Below, one piece after another: positions 35,421 to 47,350 of a stretch of DNA of 47,350 nucleotides. The DNA is from Asterionella formosa. Lineage: Eukaryota. Made by a program: the position numbers and the translations under genes. Under the pieces are notes generated by a model. That model was not told where the DNA came from and did not search any database. It saw nothing but the letters and a program-made list of their open reading frames with translations. The DNA is taken from NCBI GenBank assembly GCA_002256025.1, contig NKIB01014125.1:1-47350 (forward strand). Reading direction: 5' to 3'. Numbering within the stretch: the first letter of the stretch is position 1; every line of letters starts with the position of its first letter.

Positions 35421-37481
35421 TTGAATTTATAACAATCATCATCATCATCAGGAGATGAGATGAAAGTCGACATGGTCAGTGATCGATGATGATGAATTTA
35501 TAGAACTCCTGCATATAATGAACAAGAGGCGGCACAACAAACAAGAGGATGCATCGATATGATAATTGAACTGCTGAAAATTAAATTAAAAATATATCTT
35601 ATGTCAGAGAAGTAATCTAAAAAATCTCTAATATCAGAGCGCAAGGACGATATTATGTAGCAGATCACCAGAATAATTTGTGTTATAATACACACAAGAT
35701 ATAATAATTTTTTATTATCGGAGCGCACCCAGTACTATGTGTGAAGAATATAATTTAACATACTGGTCTCGTAAAGATAATACCAAGTCTACAATATGTT
35801 CTAAGTACACGTTAAAATTTAGCTTAAACCAGGCATGGTTGTTTTTAGTGCCATGCAATATCTGTTGAGGACATAAATGACCGGCGCTAAGACTTCCCAC
35901 CAACATCGGATATATTGGAATCATCTTTCCAAAATGGGTATGATGCAACTAAATGACTAGAAAAAGATGTCCATGACTGTAGAGCGTATCCACAAAACAA
36001 GTGTTTTTATATAGAAAATGCATATTATCGCTTCAAATCTGATGAATGAAATAACCCGGAAAACTAAATAAATATCGTCAATTCAGCAGATTTTACTAGT
36101 AAACTCAGCTGATTTGTATTTCATCAGATATGCTGTAACAGATCGTCTTGCCCTTTTATGTATTTCAAAATGTGTCTGTTAGCTAGGCTGTTGATGTTGA
36201 TATGTGTCCAAAGACTCGATGTAGTCTGAGGAATGTCTAAATGGAAATGGACAGTATTTACATAGCAGAATAATATGCAAACGAAATCTTGACCAGTCAT
36301 TCCAGGGCAGCATTGGAGCGTGCAAATAGGATATATGTAATGCCCAAAGTTGCTGAGACTCAATTACCGACTTGTTTGACTGCCTTTTCTTGCAATTATT
36401 CTTTGTCAAAGTGAGCTCATCCTAGTCGGTATGATCATAGTCAAATGATTTCACTTTGGGTGTACCAAGTTCCCATCAACCACACGATATCATTCTGATA
36501 GAATGAGCCCGGCAATATAGACTATTTGGAAGATCGATTGTTTGAATGTAATGATCAATGGTTGTTATAAACCTATGATCAATTAATGTGAGGTAAACAT
36601 GGGTTTATCTATAAATGTATGATCTAACAAATGCAAACATCATTTGGAGAATATTTTGTTGATTATTTAAACAGTAAAAACCTAATAACTAGCTTAGTAA
36701 CTCAAAATAAGAATACAGCAACAAAAGAGAAACAAACTTCTCTGTTTATAGCTACCCTTCATTGTCTAACGATATCATCAACTTCACTTATATAGCGCCT
36801 TAAGACTACTCAATTGCTAATAGAATACCCCGTGTGGTGCTTCCTGGCGTAATCAGCCCTGGATGCTCAGAGAGAACCCAACCCAGGATCAACCCAACAA
36901 GCAAGCGTGGTGACTGTGGGTGCTGAAACGCGGGTAAATCATTGTCTGACGATAGTAGATCATCTAGAAAAGGTAATACTTCAATATTCCCTTGCTTCCC
37001 CTTCGAGTATCTTTTTGGTTTGGTTTTTTTCTGCACCACCAACTAATCTCTAGGCTCATATACTAGCTGGTTTTTGAATTTGATTCTAGCTATGTAATTT
37101 GCGTGATTCCCCTTCTCCGGTCCCCATCATAGCTGCAGTTGTAGAGTTGCACTTTAGCTTGTGGGTGAGAGTTTAGAGAGTTTGGAATGAAAAGCCAGTT
37201 TATCTCGTCCAGCAGGCATGAGCGATCCATTGGGAGTGCGTCGAAACTGAAAAGGTGTGCATAAAACGTGCGCTACCGGACCTTCCTGTAGTATGATGGT
37301 TCTACTGATATGATGATACAGGTGGAGAATAATAACAGGAACGTATGTAGTCGTAAAATATTAAACTCCCATTTAAACCTGTAATCGAAGTTCTTAGTGC
37401 TAGTAATTCATCAGTACTGTGGACAATGCTAGCGACAATATCATTGTTGCTCGCTTCTTCTTGTCCTTTCCTTGTGCATTA

Positions 37482-38321
37482 GGCCGTTGCTAACCATTGA
37501 CCCAAACCAAAACCCAAAAACTTATTTTTGGATTGGTTTTGGTCAGACTGACATAAAAATGATGCTATCGGTTTTTGGGAAATCCTAAATGTTGTCAACC
37601 ACCCATCTACTGTGACGTAGGATGACAAAAAAATTATAAAAATGTAAAATATTTCTATTACATTTATAAATGAAATATTATCATTCCTATTTGGGAATTA
37701 GTTAACTTTTCCCGCAATTTGAGCGATGCTGCTGTCTTGTTATCCAACAACACACTGGTATGTATATGTACTATAGTGTCATAAATATATTCTCCGAGTA
37801 CATATTACCAGGTACACAACAACAACAACAACAACAACATGAGGGTTTGACAACATGTTTTGATTGTGGTGAAATCAGCGATGATTTGCTGTTGTTGTTG
37901 TGACTACATGCATATACATACACAGCATATGTACGCTGGTTCACTGATTCTCGCCAGTGTGGTACCAGTACCTGTTACCAGTACCGGTACCAGGTACCAG
38001 AGTACAGTATAGCTATTTTACATATACCGGTATATGATATAGCTGATGCGTCCTATATGTATGTAGTGATTCTACAACGATAATAATTGGGTTTCTAGTG
38101 ACTACATTCAAAGTAGTCAATATGGAATCCTACGTTTAGGTAACTTTGGAAAAAATTACCTAAACGTAATGCGTTTGGGTAACTTATTGGGATATGGGCA
38201 CGGAATCCCATAAACGTAATGCGTTTGCGTTGGTTTTTCACTCCCGATGGAATCGTTTTTTAGGGTTGCCGAAACCAGAACACTTTTTGGCAGGCGTTTT
38301 GGTCCACTGTTAGCAACAGTC
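37482..38321. mobile_element. 840-bp Tourist-like MITE (PIF/Harbinger) with TTA target duplication
   Basis: TTA|ggccgttgctaac ... gttagcaacagtc|TTA (TIR 11/13). Inverted similarity extends ~85 bp inward (taaaaatgatgctatcgg versus taaaaaacgattccatcgg). Confidence 0.75.
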
Positions 38322-38470
38322 TTATATCTACAAATATTTAGACTACATAATAAAGACACCATGAATATGGCTAATTTAATAGAATCATGCATGCCATGTA
38401 ATAGTTGCCAGTCAATGTAATATGTAATCTCATACATAGCTGTTGATGACCACCATCAGTGTGACAACCA

Positions 38471-39986
38471 GCAAGTTGCGGTAATTTTGCTGAACTAAGG
38501 ATTTAGCTGTTTTTATCCTATATTGAACTGTTTATTTAAGCAAAATGACCACATCGCATTGTTGTACCTTCAACCTGCGGTCATTTTCCTGAAACAGACA
38601 ACATGTTACCGGACGTCGACATATTTTATAATGTATAAAGAACATCTTCTATTCATAGCACGATTCATCGAAATAAATAGCGGAATTCTTGTAATTGCAA
38701 AAACGAGAACACAAGCACCGCATATGACTATGACATTCAGGAAGCATTATGACTTTCAGGAAATTCCTATAAATTTCAGGAAATGACTATGACTTTCAGG
38801 AAAACTTAAGGAAACTTCAGGAAATGTCAGGAAACGTCAGGAAAACTTAAGGAAATGTCAGGAAACGTAAGGAAATGCATGGAATATCCTGAAGTCTCCA
38901 AAATTAGTCTTTTCTGGCCAAAGTGAAAAACCGCATATCCTTCGTTCTGCATTTAAAGTACTGTACAAGATTCCCTGCTGGTAATAGTTAGGATCATTTT
39001 TGAAATACCGGCAGTGGTACTTTCGATTTGCACAGCAATGGTTGTGAAATCGTTGTAGTAGCTTAATTGTAACTACTATAGTACCGTATTTGAGGCATTT
39101 CTTTACAGTTTCAACTCCAGATAGTCTACTGTCACGCTCAAGAGGTTTTGCACGTGAATTGGTTGGTCATGTAGGCGTATATTTGCCGTGCTCAATACAA
39201 AATAAGTCGTATATAAACGAATTTGATGAGTTTACTGATAGCGCTGATCATGACGGTTATAATGATAAATCAAGCGGCACGGGAAGTTGTAAAATTGTTG
39301 AGTAAACCAACAGAATAATACCGACATGGTCAAAGTGATTGTAAATAACAAGGGTTTTTTGGCGAAAAAATTATATACAGTAGGGTCAGGGTTTTTGCTG
39401 AACGGGGTCTACTTCGAGACCCCAAAAATTGCACCCAGCCATGCATACAGACTACAGACTAAATATATATATAATAGTTAGTAACACCACTACCGGTATT
39501 TCAAAAATGATCCTAACTATTACCGATAGGGTACCTGGTACTTTAAATCCAGAACAAAGGATATGCGGTTTTTCACTTCGGCCAGAAAAGACAAATTTTG
39601 GAGACTTCAGGAAATTCCATGCATTTCCTGAAATTTCCTTACGTTTCCTGACATTTCCTGAAGTTTCCTTAAGTTTCCTGAAAGTCATAGTCATTTCCTG
39701 AAAGTCATGATGCTTCCTGAATGTCATAGTCATATGCAGTGCTTGTGTTCTCGTTTTTGCAATTAGAAGAATTCCTCTATTTATTTCGATGAATCGTGCT
39801 ATGAATATAAGATGTTCTTTATACGTTATAAAATATGTCGATGTCCGGTAACACGTTGTCCGTTTCAGGAAAATGACCGCAGGATGAAGGTACAACAACG
39901 CGATGCGGTCATTTTGCTTAAATAAACAATTCGATATGGGATAAAAACAGCTAAATCCTTAGTTCAGCAAAATTACCGCAACTTGC
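38471..39986. mobile_element. Foldback-like element: ~500-550-bp inverted arms with internal tandem repeats and a ~470-bp non-coding core
   Basis: 38471-39018 is a high-identity reverse complement of 39486-39986. The arms contain (T)CAGGAAA units at 20- then 10-nt periodicity. Confidence 0.93.
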
Positions 39987-40515
39987 AGGTCACTATCTGC
40001 AATAAATATCTCATACATTTTGTTCATTTCAGTGTGGACAATTAAGAAGAACACAGCTTGAAAGTAGGCAGTATCCCACAAAACCCTGCACCAACAATAC
40101 TCCACCTTCACTCTACCCTCGTAAAAAGTCTAACCAGCCTACATTGGCAGGTGTAAATATTTATTTTGTCAAAATCATCATGTCAGAAAATTTAGCCTTA
40201 CCCTACCTATAGCTATGTACTGGTAGTCTACAGTCAGTACCATAGAAATCAAATATAGAGACATGACCATAGAGGACCAGTACAGTTGAACCTGATGCAT
40301 GCTCAATCTCCTTTTAAAATAGATAAATAATTCATTCACCCCAATGACTTTTGCATTTGATGACATACATACCCTGACCAGGACCCATTCTTAGATGTTC
40401 AAAGACAGAAATAGTGTGAGAGCCATAGGGATACTAAAATAAGGCAGGGACATTGAACCCACCATGAGAAATATTTCTCCATTTTAATCCCATTTTCAGC
40501 AGCATTCAATAGAAA

Positions 40516-42381
40516 CTACAACAACCCCTGTCTTGCCAAATCTTCATATGTAGATCTTGACAAAACATTTCCATGTGAATCTTCATACTCTTCTTGCTTC
40601 GTCCCATCAAATTGCTCTTCTTCCAAATTACCTTGCAACTTGCTCCACAATTGCTGAGCATCTTCAATCTTTGTGACTCCGTGAAAATGCATAGTATTGG
40701 GAATGCCCAAACACTTCATGCCATACCCATGTTTGGCTTCTGCAAAATGCTTTTCAAAACTGCGCCTACCCCTGTACTTTTCATTGCCGCAAATCTCACA
40801 GAGATAAAAGTGATTCAATCCATGCAGCTTAAAGAGCCAGTATGGAATGGGTTTACCATCCCAGCCAAGAGGGACACCCTTGGGGTTGTAAATAGGGGCT
40901 TCGTCATCACTATCTTCATTGTCATCATTCTTAAGTTTGGCATCGTCAGTGTTTGCTCCATGCAAGTCTTCCAAGAGTTCCAACTCTCGTTCTTTAGGAG
41001 TTTGTGTTTGACGCCGTTCAGCACGTCGAATAGTAGCATCGAGGGTTGGTCGAATTTGGTCTAAGAGTGTATTGATTGTGGTCTCTATTCTGGCTAAGTC
41101 AATGCGTCGCTCGCCTCGAAGTTTTGAGTCTATCAGGGCATGTGCAGAACTTCCACCACCAGTTTTCGCACTGTTAACAAAGAGCTTGGCTGGCAATTGA
41201 TTCAGTGGAGTATCCTTGGCAAGAAATAGTCGCTTTGCCCGCTCAAATGGAGCCCCTCCACATTTCAAACCCAACCGGGCAAGTTCTGTTTTAATAGCAT
41301 CGGCACCAACTCCAGCAAGCAAATCGTCTGGTGACATGTAGTTCTCTAGATTGATACCTTTCGTGTCGCTCATTTTTTCCGAATCCTTTCGTTCCCAACC
41401 AGCCACACCACCTGTTTCGTTCCATTCCTTTTCGAATTCGGTCAGTGGTTCATGAATAATGTGTGCTATATCCAACAGGGGATGTGCCCTGGCAAGAAAT
41501 CCCTCAATGTACACCTTAAACTGGGTCAACCACTTGGTATATTTTTTGCGGTCCTTCAGTTTGAGTGGCTCTGCAATGCCCACATTCAGTCCCTTACTAA
41601 TTAGTTGCAGAAAGTCAATGGTGTCAGTGAAGGATCCGAATAACTCTCGCAGCGTCGACGTGGCGGAAGTATGAAGGAAAGTGACATCCAGGTACTTCCC
41701 CATAACTTCTTCAATCGAGAATGACGTCGAGGCTTCAGTCAATATGCTGCTCAAATCATACCCATCCGCCAGAGGGTTTCCCAGTCTCTGCCGCTTGTTG
41801 GTGGCAGGAGTAATAGGAGCAGTCGATGAGTGCAATGCGTGATAGTCTCTCAGTTGCTTCCAGCGTTCATCAAAGACTGCCAGGAGTTCCTCAGACGATG
41901 CCTCGTTGCGAGACATAAACTTTGCGAAGACGACGCTATCAAATTTTCGCTTGGTCAATAATGTGGTGGATACTTGCATGGCTCGGTCAATCGCAGTGGA
42001 GAGCGCTGTAATTCTGGTCGAAATGGTAGTCTGTCCAGTCGACAAGTGAAAAACAGATGGATCCTTTTTACTGGAGTTGAACAATGACTCTTCTGGCTCA
42101 ACGATTCCATCGGTACCACTTATAATTGACCACGCATCCTGTAGAGCGCCGGGCAAGTCACCTGCATCTACCGTGGATCCAGGAGGATGAGAAAGGAGTG
42201 AAGCGCTCAAGAGCTGACAAGCTTCGAGTTCAGCAACGAGGGACCTTTGTTCTTCAAGGAGTTCACATGCAATCAAGACATTGTTGGAAAGATCAGGGTC
42301 AGCCTTGTCATATCTCGGCGAGTTAATAGGAGGTGGCGGTGGCGGTGGCGGAGGAGGTTGGGAGAGTGCAAGTACCGTCAT
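40516..42381 (-). CDS. SF3A3: Splicing factor 3A subunit 3 (SF3a60/Prp9), ~621 aa
   Basis: YNPKGVPLGWDGKPIPYWLFKLHGL, zinc finger CEICGN..Y.GRRSFEKHF...H..GMKCLGIPNT, SAP-like LGLKCGGAPFERAKRLF, C-terminus EEYEDSHGNVL...YEDLARQGLL. First ATG at 42381. Confidence 0.96.
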   Translation of the reverse strand: MTVLALSQPPPPPPPPPPINSPRYDKADPDLSNNVLIACELLEEQRSLVAELEACQLLSASLLSHPPGSTVDAGDLPGALQDAWSIISGTDGIVEPEESLFNSSKKDPSVFHLSTGQTTISTRITALSTAIDRAMQVSTTLLTKRKFDSVVFAKFMSRNEASSEELLAVFDERWKQLRDYHALHSSTAPITPATNKRQRLGNPLADGYDLSSILTEASTSFSIEEVMGKYLDVTFLHTSATSTLRELFGSFTDTIDFLQLISKGLNVGIAEPLKLKDRKKYTKWLTQFKVYIEGFLARAHPLLDIAHIIHEPLTEFEKEWNETGGVAGWERKDSEKMSDTKGINLENYMSPDDLLAGVGADAIKTELARLGLKCGGAPFERAKRLFLAKDTPLNQLPAKLFVNSAKTGGGSSAHALIDSKLRGERRIDLARIETTINTLLDQIRPTLDATIRRAERRQTQTPKERELELLEDLHGANTDDAKLKNDDNEDSDDEAPIYNPKGVPLGWDGKPIPYWLFKLHGLNHFYLCEICGNEKYRGRRSFEKHFAEAKHGYGMKCLGIPNTMHFHGVTKIEDAQQLWSKLQGNLEEEQFDGTKQEEYEDSHGNVLSRSTYEDLARQGLL

Positions 42382-42823
42382 GATTGTTAGCAAAAAGTAC
42401 AGAGAAATATGAGTGGTATAAATCAGCAGAGGACAAAAATAATGTTGAAGGTAAGACACGACCGAGGGTTGGAGAATGCCTACTCGTAATCTTGTGTACT
42501 CGACTTCGGAGGCCCTCACAGGTTGACCTTCTCGCAGCGCCGGTCCTCCCGAGTAGGGTCTTTAATAGGCAATTCACAAACTAGCTATCGGCGCGCTTTT
42601 CGCCACTACATTGCCCTTTCTGTTAACATTGAAAAGCTATTTCAAATAGTTTGTATGTTGGATAAGAACTAGCCAGTTGCCCTTCATATAAAACATATAT
42701 TGGATATTTCATATGTACACTTTTTGGATTACTCAATCCTGCAATTGCCCCATCATATAATTTTTATATGCTCCGTTTTTGGACTGCCAAACTACCTTCA
42801 ATATTTTCAACAGCCCCTAGATT

Positions 42824-42930
42824 TGCCTGCCGAAATGGACTGCCGTTTATTTAAGGGAAATGGATTACTGACATCTATTGCCCCCCTATGGACTGCCGTT
42901 TACTTAAGGAAAATGGACTGCCGAAATTGG
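42824..42930. repeat. Short ATGGACTGCCG repeats
   Basis: Three copies of atggactgccg; two extend to gttta.ttaagg.aaatgga. A partial copy lies at 42780. Confidence 0.75.
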
Positions 42931-45141
42931 AAGGGAGTAGGATGAGCTACGTGAAGGCACAAAATGATGGTTTTCTGTAAAGTGTTGATGGCAATTCCAC
43001 TATTTACATCCCTGCTATCTTCCAGAATGCTCCGATTTATACAAAGTCTGTTCATTGATGTCTCAAATACTGAATCTTCATCAAATGAATCTGGATGGTT
43101 GTTGCATTTTTCGACTTCTGGTGACACTTGCTTCATCACGGTGGCGCCAAATTTGGTATTTTCATCAGACATGATCACTCAGCCGTAAAATTTTAGCTAT
43201 AATGCTTTGGTATATTTTCTACATGTCCTACAGTATCTCAAATCAGATCTTGGCAGCAAGTTTTAGTGCTCAATTGTTGGCTTTTCCGCTGTTCTAAAGT
43301 AGCATTGAATCTGTAGGTTATCTAACCACAATTATCTTTAATACTTCATTATCGTAAATCGACCAGCAGCCTTTCTGGTACCCTAAAAGAGCTATCAGCT
43401 TGAGGTGAAAACAAACCCTAAGTGGACAATAGGAATCATGAAATTGCGCCTGTTGTCTTGGTTGGTTCATTAGGATATGTTCTGTTGATTGTTGTTTGGT
43501 AGCTTCCATGCGAATTACCATAATGCCAATAATCAAACTATATTGTTTTCCACATAGAACATCTCGACGATGTATATCTTACTCACAATCCAAATATCAA
43601 AAGAACCAGCATCACATTTGATCCTTCCAGCTAAAGCTGCAATGTTCCTAATGTCTCAAACCGATTCACAAGCAGTGGTACATTCTGTTGATTGTTAAGT
43701 AGCTAGCTTGCTTCCACTCATTCTTCTCTGGAACTCAATACCTTTTGTAATTTACTCCTGTTCACATTGTCAAACAAGAATCACCAGTCGGATTTGTTAT
43801 TTCGACCAGCCAAAGCAGCAACTGAATGATTTCAAAACAATGGAATAATTATGAGCTAAATCATTCATGCCAACAACATGACATTCAATGTACTACCATG
43901 CTCCAATGCCAAACCACACCCAACGCAATTGACAAGGCAGGTTGATTGTCATCAGTCATACTTTAATTTCTTCTGAGTAAACCCCCATCACTGCACACAA
44001 TCACACTTTCCACCATGATGTTGATCTTGGTCCCATTCCTTGAAAATCCAGCCATTCGGGCGGGTCATCTTTCTCCTTCAGCTACAATATAGTAACATCA
44101 CACCAAACCGACGCCGCCACAGTTTACAATCACGCCGGTGCTGCTTGCTTCCTCCACAACCACCACAAGTCACAGTTATGCTAAGTCGCACAGGATTTTC
44201 ACATATATGATAGTTTTTCGATCAAAAATGTGATCAAGGTATCATATAATTATGATCATGCAGTAAAATTTTACCGAGCTTGAAGTATGATGAGCGATAC
44301 TATCATAGTTATAATACCATTGCATCATATAATTAGTTAAACATGGTCATATGATGTGTATACTTTTGTCATGATCGTAATTCTCATCGATATCACTGCC
44401 TAAAATAGGATGAAATTGATCGAAATTTAGAACTATATTTAGCTAAGAATGGTTCTATCTTTCTATATTTTGAGTGGCTAGAGAATGTTCTACAATGCTC
44501 TCATCGCAATGATTGGTGCTTCAGCTTTTACTTTCACTTCCACCTTCCCCCCGATCCAATTCTGAAGGTTGTTGTACTTGTTGCCTTGCCGTTGTTCCCC
44601 TGCTTGCTTTGTTCCATTTACTTCTGAGGGTTCTGAGTTTGCATTCACGCACTATTGAATCCGTTTCGTTGTTCCAATCAGCCATACTAACAAAGAGAAG
44701 CAATTCATTGTTAGCTGTTCATGTTTTGCTTACACAACAACATGCATTTCGCTTCTATCTGCCTTCACTTACCACAAATTGAGGAAGTAACTGATGCATA
44801 TTTCTGTAAAAGAATGTGTCAGTTGAAGATTGAATGAGAAAGTATCGATCAATAGATGGGCTCCAACACTGCTGTTTGTAAATTACAAAAATTGTTTGTC
44901 TACCATTATCCTGAAAGAAGCAACACATATGTGTCAAGTTTTTCTAACAGTTGTGGATTGATCCAAAGATGATAACACTTACCGATTTCTTTTGTCCGCA
45001 TTGATGGTTCTTGGCCAGCCACGAAATCGAAAAGGAGCTATTGAATCACTGAAAGGGGATGAGTCATTCTGTATTTGTAATCCCAACAATTGATCATTCT
45101 GGCATTTGCTCTTGACATGCCGTGATACTATGCACAGCTTG

Positions 45142-45459
45142 TTGATTCCGTCCTTCTCCATCATATTCACTCCTTCTGAGCCGCATGGTGTATCATTGTG
45201 CTGTATTGTCACTTCAGTTTTTCGCATCATGTGTTGCTTGAGATCCTTCATTTCAGGAAGTGTATGCAGCATGACAAGGAACATGAAAGGCATTCGCTCT
45301 TGACTTACCATCAATTGATCCCGCCCTTCTACGTAGTCACTCCTTCTAAGCCGGTCGCAAGTATCATTGTGTTGTATTATCACTTTCGTTTTCCATGTCA
45401 TCATGTTTGATGATCCTTCTTTTCAGGAGCAAAGTGTATGCATGACAAGGAACATGAAA
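45142..45459. repeat. Diverged ~172-bp direct tandem duplication
   Basis: 45142-45288 versus 45315-45459 share cactccttct.agccg, gtatcattgtg.tgtatt.tcactt, gatccttc.tttcagga and gcatgacaaggaacatgaaa. Confidence 0.85.
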
Positions 45460-46699
45460 ACATGATTTCAATGCATCAGCCAGCCATGAAAACATCTAAA
45501 TAAAGATTTGTAAGTTTAAATGTATATATAGTTGAACAATTGCATAGTTTTAAACACGCTCATTATACAGCACATCCTGTGTATACTAATATCAATTTTG
45601 ATTATACATAATTCAAATATATACAATGCATGATGCGTTCATAGTTTTCCACAACCTGTTGAAGTTTTTCAATTTGTTTTGTGTCAATTCTTGTACCTTA
45701 AAGTCAGTGGCTGATTTAATTAAGCCCCTTTATAAACGGAAGTCATCACCAATTTTTCAAATGGTCGAAATCATACATTTATGTATATAGACACATTAAC
45801 CATATACATTCGAAAAATTCATATGGCCTGCCGATAGTACTGTATACTTGCTGGGTATTACTTCTATCATGGGATTACCAAAATAGTGCAACGGAAAACT
45901 GAATATGTTCATGTGTTTAGGATCATTTGATCATATTTATAAGATCAATTAATCCTGATTCCTGAAAATAAATGTTGATCATTCATTTTCTCATCAACAA
46001 CACCGTTTATCATATGATCAAACTGTAATGATCAAAGGTACAGGATAAACAAATCAAAATTTATTGATTAAAGATCATAGATTGTACCGGAAGAGTTGCT
46101 CATGCATGCAACCCCTTCCCCCTCCCCCTGTATACAGTATGGAAGTAATAACCCCCAAGCTACCAAATTTTTATGTCTTGTAAGAATTATCGCAGCATGC
46201 ACGCATATTTACATGACTCCTACTGGTATATACAATCCGGGAGTGATGACCACCAGACTACCAATCCTATACTAGGTCCTGTAGAATTATCGCAACATGG
46301 CTGCATATTATGAATGGGCGGAAGGAGTCATCCATGCACCTGTATATGAAATACGGAAATGATCAAATATAGTCTACAAAAGGAGCAGTGCATCATACAT
46401 GCCCTACTGTTGTTATTTTAATTCCTTTGAAATCTCTTGATCTGTTCTGCGCTTTTTCGCCACAAATGTTTTCATTGGTGGCTGTTTCACTGGACAGCAT
46501 TCGAATTGATTGTGCTTCAAATGTAGCAATGATCAAAGTCCACCCCATTGCAGAATGGTGAGTCTCACAACTATGTATCAGCCAGGTGATTAAAATGGGA
46601 CTGTCTTTCGTGCACCCTTGTTGTGTTTGTACATTGACTTGGCAACTGTCAGCCAAGAGCAGCCATGGTATGCCACCATTTATTGTCTATACAAATTTT

Positions 46700-47120
46700 C
46701 GAATGCGTTCAGCTATGATAACTTTTGCTCCCCCCTCCTAAACACTATCTCACAACGCACCCTTGTCATAGATTTTTCTTTATCCTTTGGCTGCACAGGC
46801 CCAGGTTACTCAATGCCTTCATCTGCAAGGAGTTCAGCCAAGCAGGTCCACGTTGGCGTCAAGAAAACCTCAACCCCGATTTTCCTCACATGCTCAACCC
46901 ATTGACTTCTTCATTGATGAAGTCGAGATAGCTATATTGACGACATCAGGTGGCGCAGGCTTGTGTATAGATTGATGATGCTGAAAGCAATGCTTCCTTT
47001 TCCCGTGGGTACCTATTTGTCAACATTTTTTGGGTTGATCAATTCTTGTTCCCGCAGGACCAGAAGCAATTATCCCTTTACTTCTCCTCCCAAGAACCTT
47101 CATTTCTGCTTCACAATTGT
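46700..47120 (-). pseudogene. Second Tc1/IS630-like transposase relic, same family as 18400-18864
   Basis: Minus strand: LLVLREQELINPKNVDK*VPTGK, TSLRHLMS, DFINEE, IGVEVFLTP...AELLADEGIE*. Probably continues toward the window end. Confidence 0.65.
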
Positions 47121-47350
47121 TCTGATGTTTGCAGAGCATTTTTAGCTATTTCGCTTGTGATTTTTCCACTGGTTTCGATCCCTTTTGCATTCAAGTCAAG
47201 AAACAAGCAATTCATTGAGATTTCTGGAGGTTTTAGTCAGTGGCATCATACAGCAAGCAACAATCAACAGATCATGGCGGTTGTTCTCCATTTTCTGTAG
47301 CAAGTGACATTCAAGAAGGGACTGGTAGGATTCTCTATGTTTGCCCCCCC

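Noticed and set aside
38523..39898. Mirror ORFs 38523-38786 (+) and 39452-39898 (-) as genes
   Set aside because: They are translations of the two inverted arms; non-ATG starts and repeat-derived sequence.

Overview
Eukaryotic nuclear DNA, most likely a diatom (short GT-AG introns, diatom-type transposon relics; taxon is inferred). Seven apparently intact host genes: two leishmanolysin/GP63-like M8 metalloproteases (3074-5327 with one intron; 13142-16141), RAE1/Gle2 (-, one intron), a membrane-anchored Nudix hydrolase, a ~1435-aa three-exon Cdc6/Orc1-type AAA+ protein with a ~1000-aa N-terminal extension, an ER-type DnaJ protein and SF3A3/Prp9. Intergenic DNA is dominated by decayed DNA transposons: two PIF/Harbinger relics, a piggyBac-like relic, two Tc1/IS630-like relics and a possible Crypton fragment. 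It also holds many non-autonomous inverted-repeat elements: two foldback-like elements sharing a 24-bp terminal motif, a TTA-flanked Tourist-like MITE, and a CTG-flanked MITE nested in a TA-flanked element whose empty site survives 20 kb away. Two long hairpins, a tRNA-Ala pseudogene and GGTACC-based repeats were also seen. I found no CRISPR array and no clear new multi-gene system. The best leads are the foldback/MITE network and the extended Cdc6-like protein. All family assignments come from motif recognition, not database searches.
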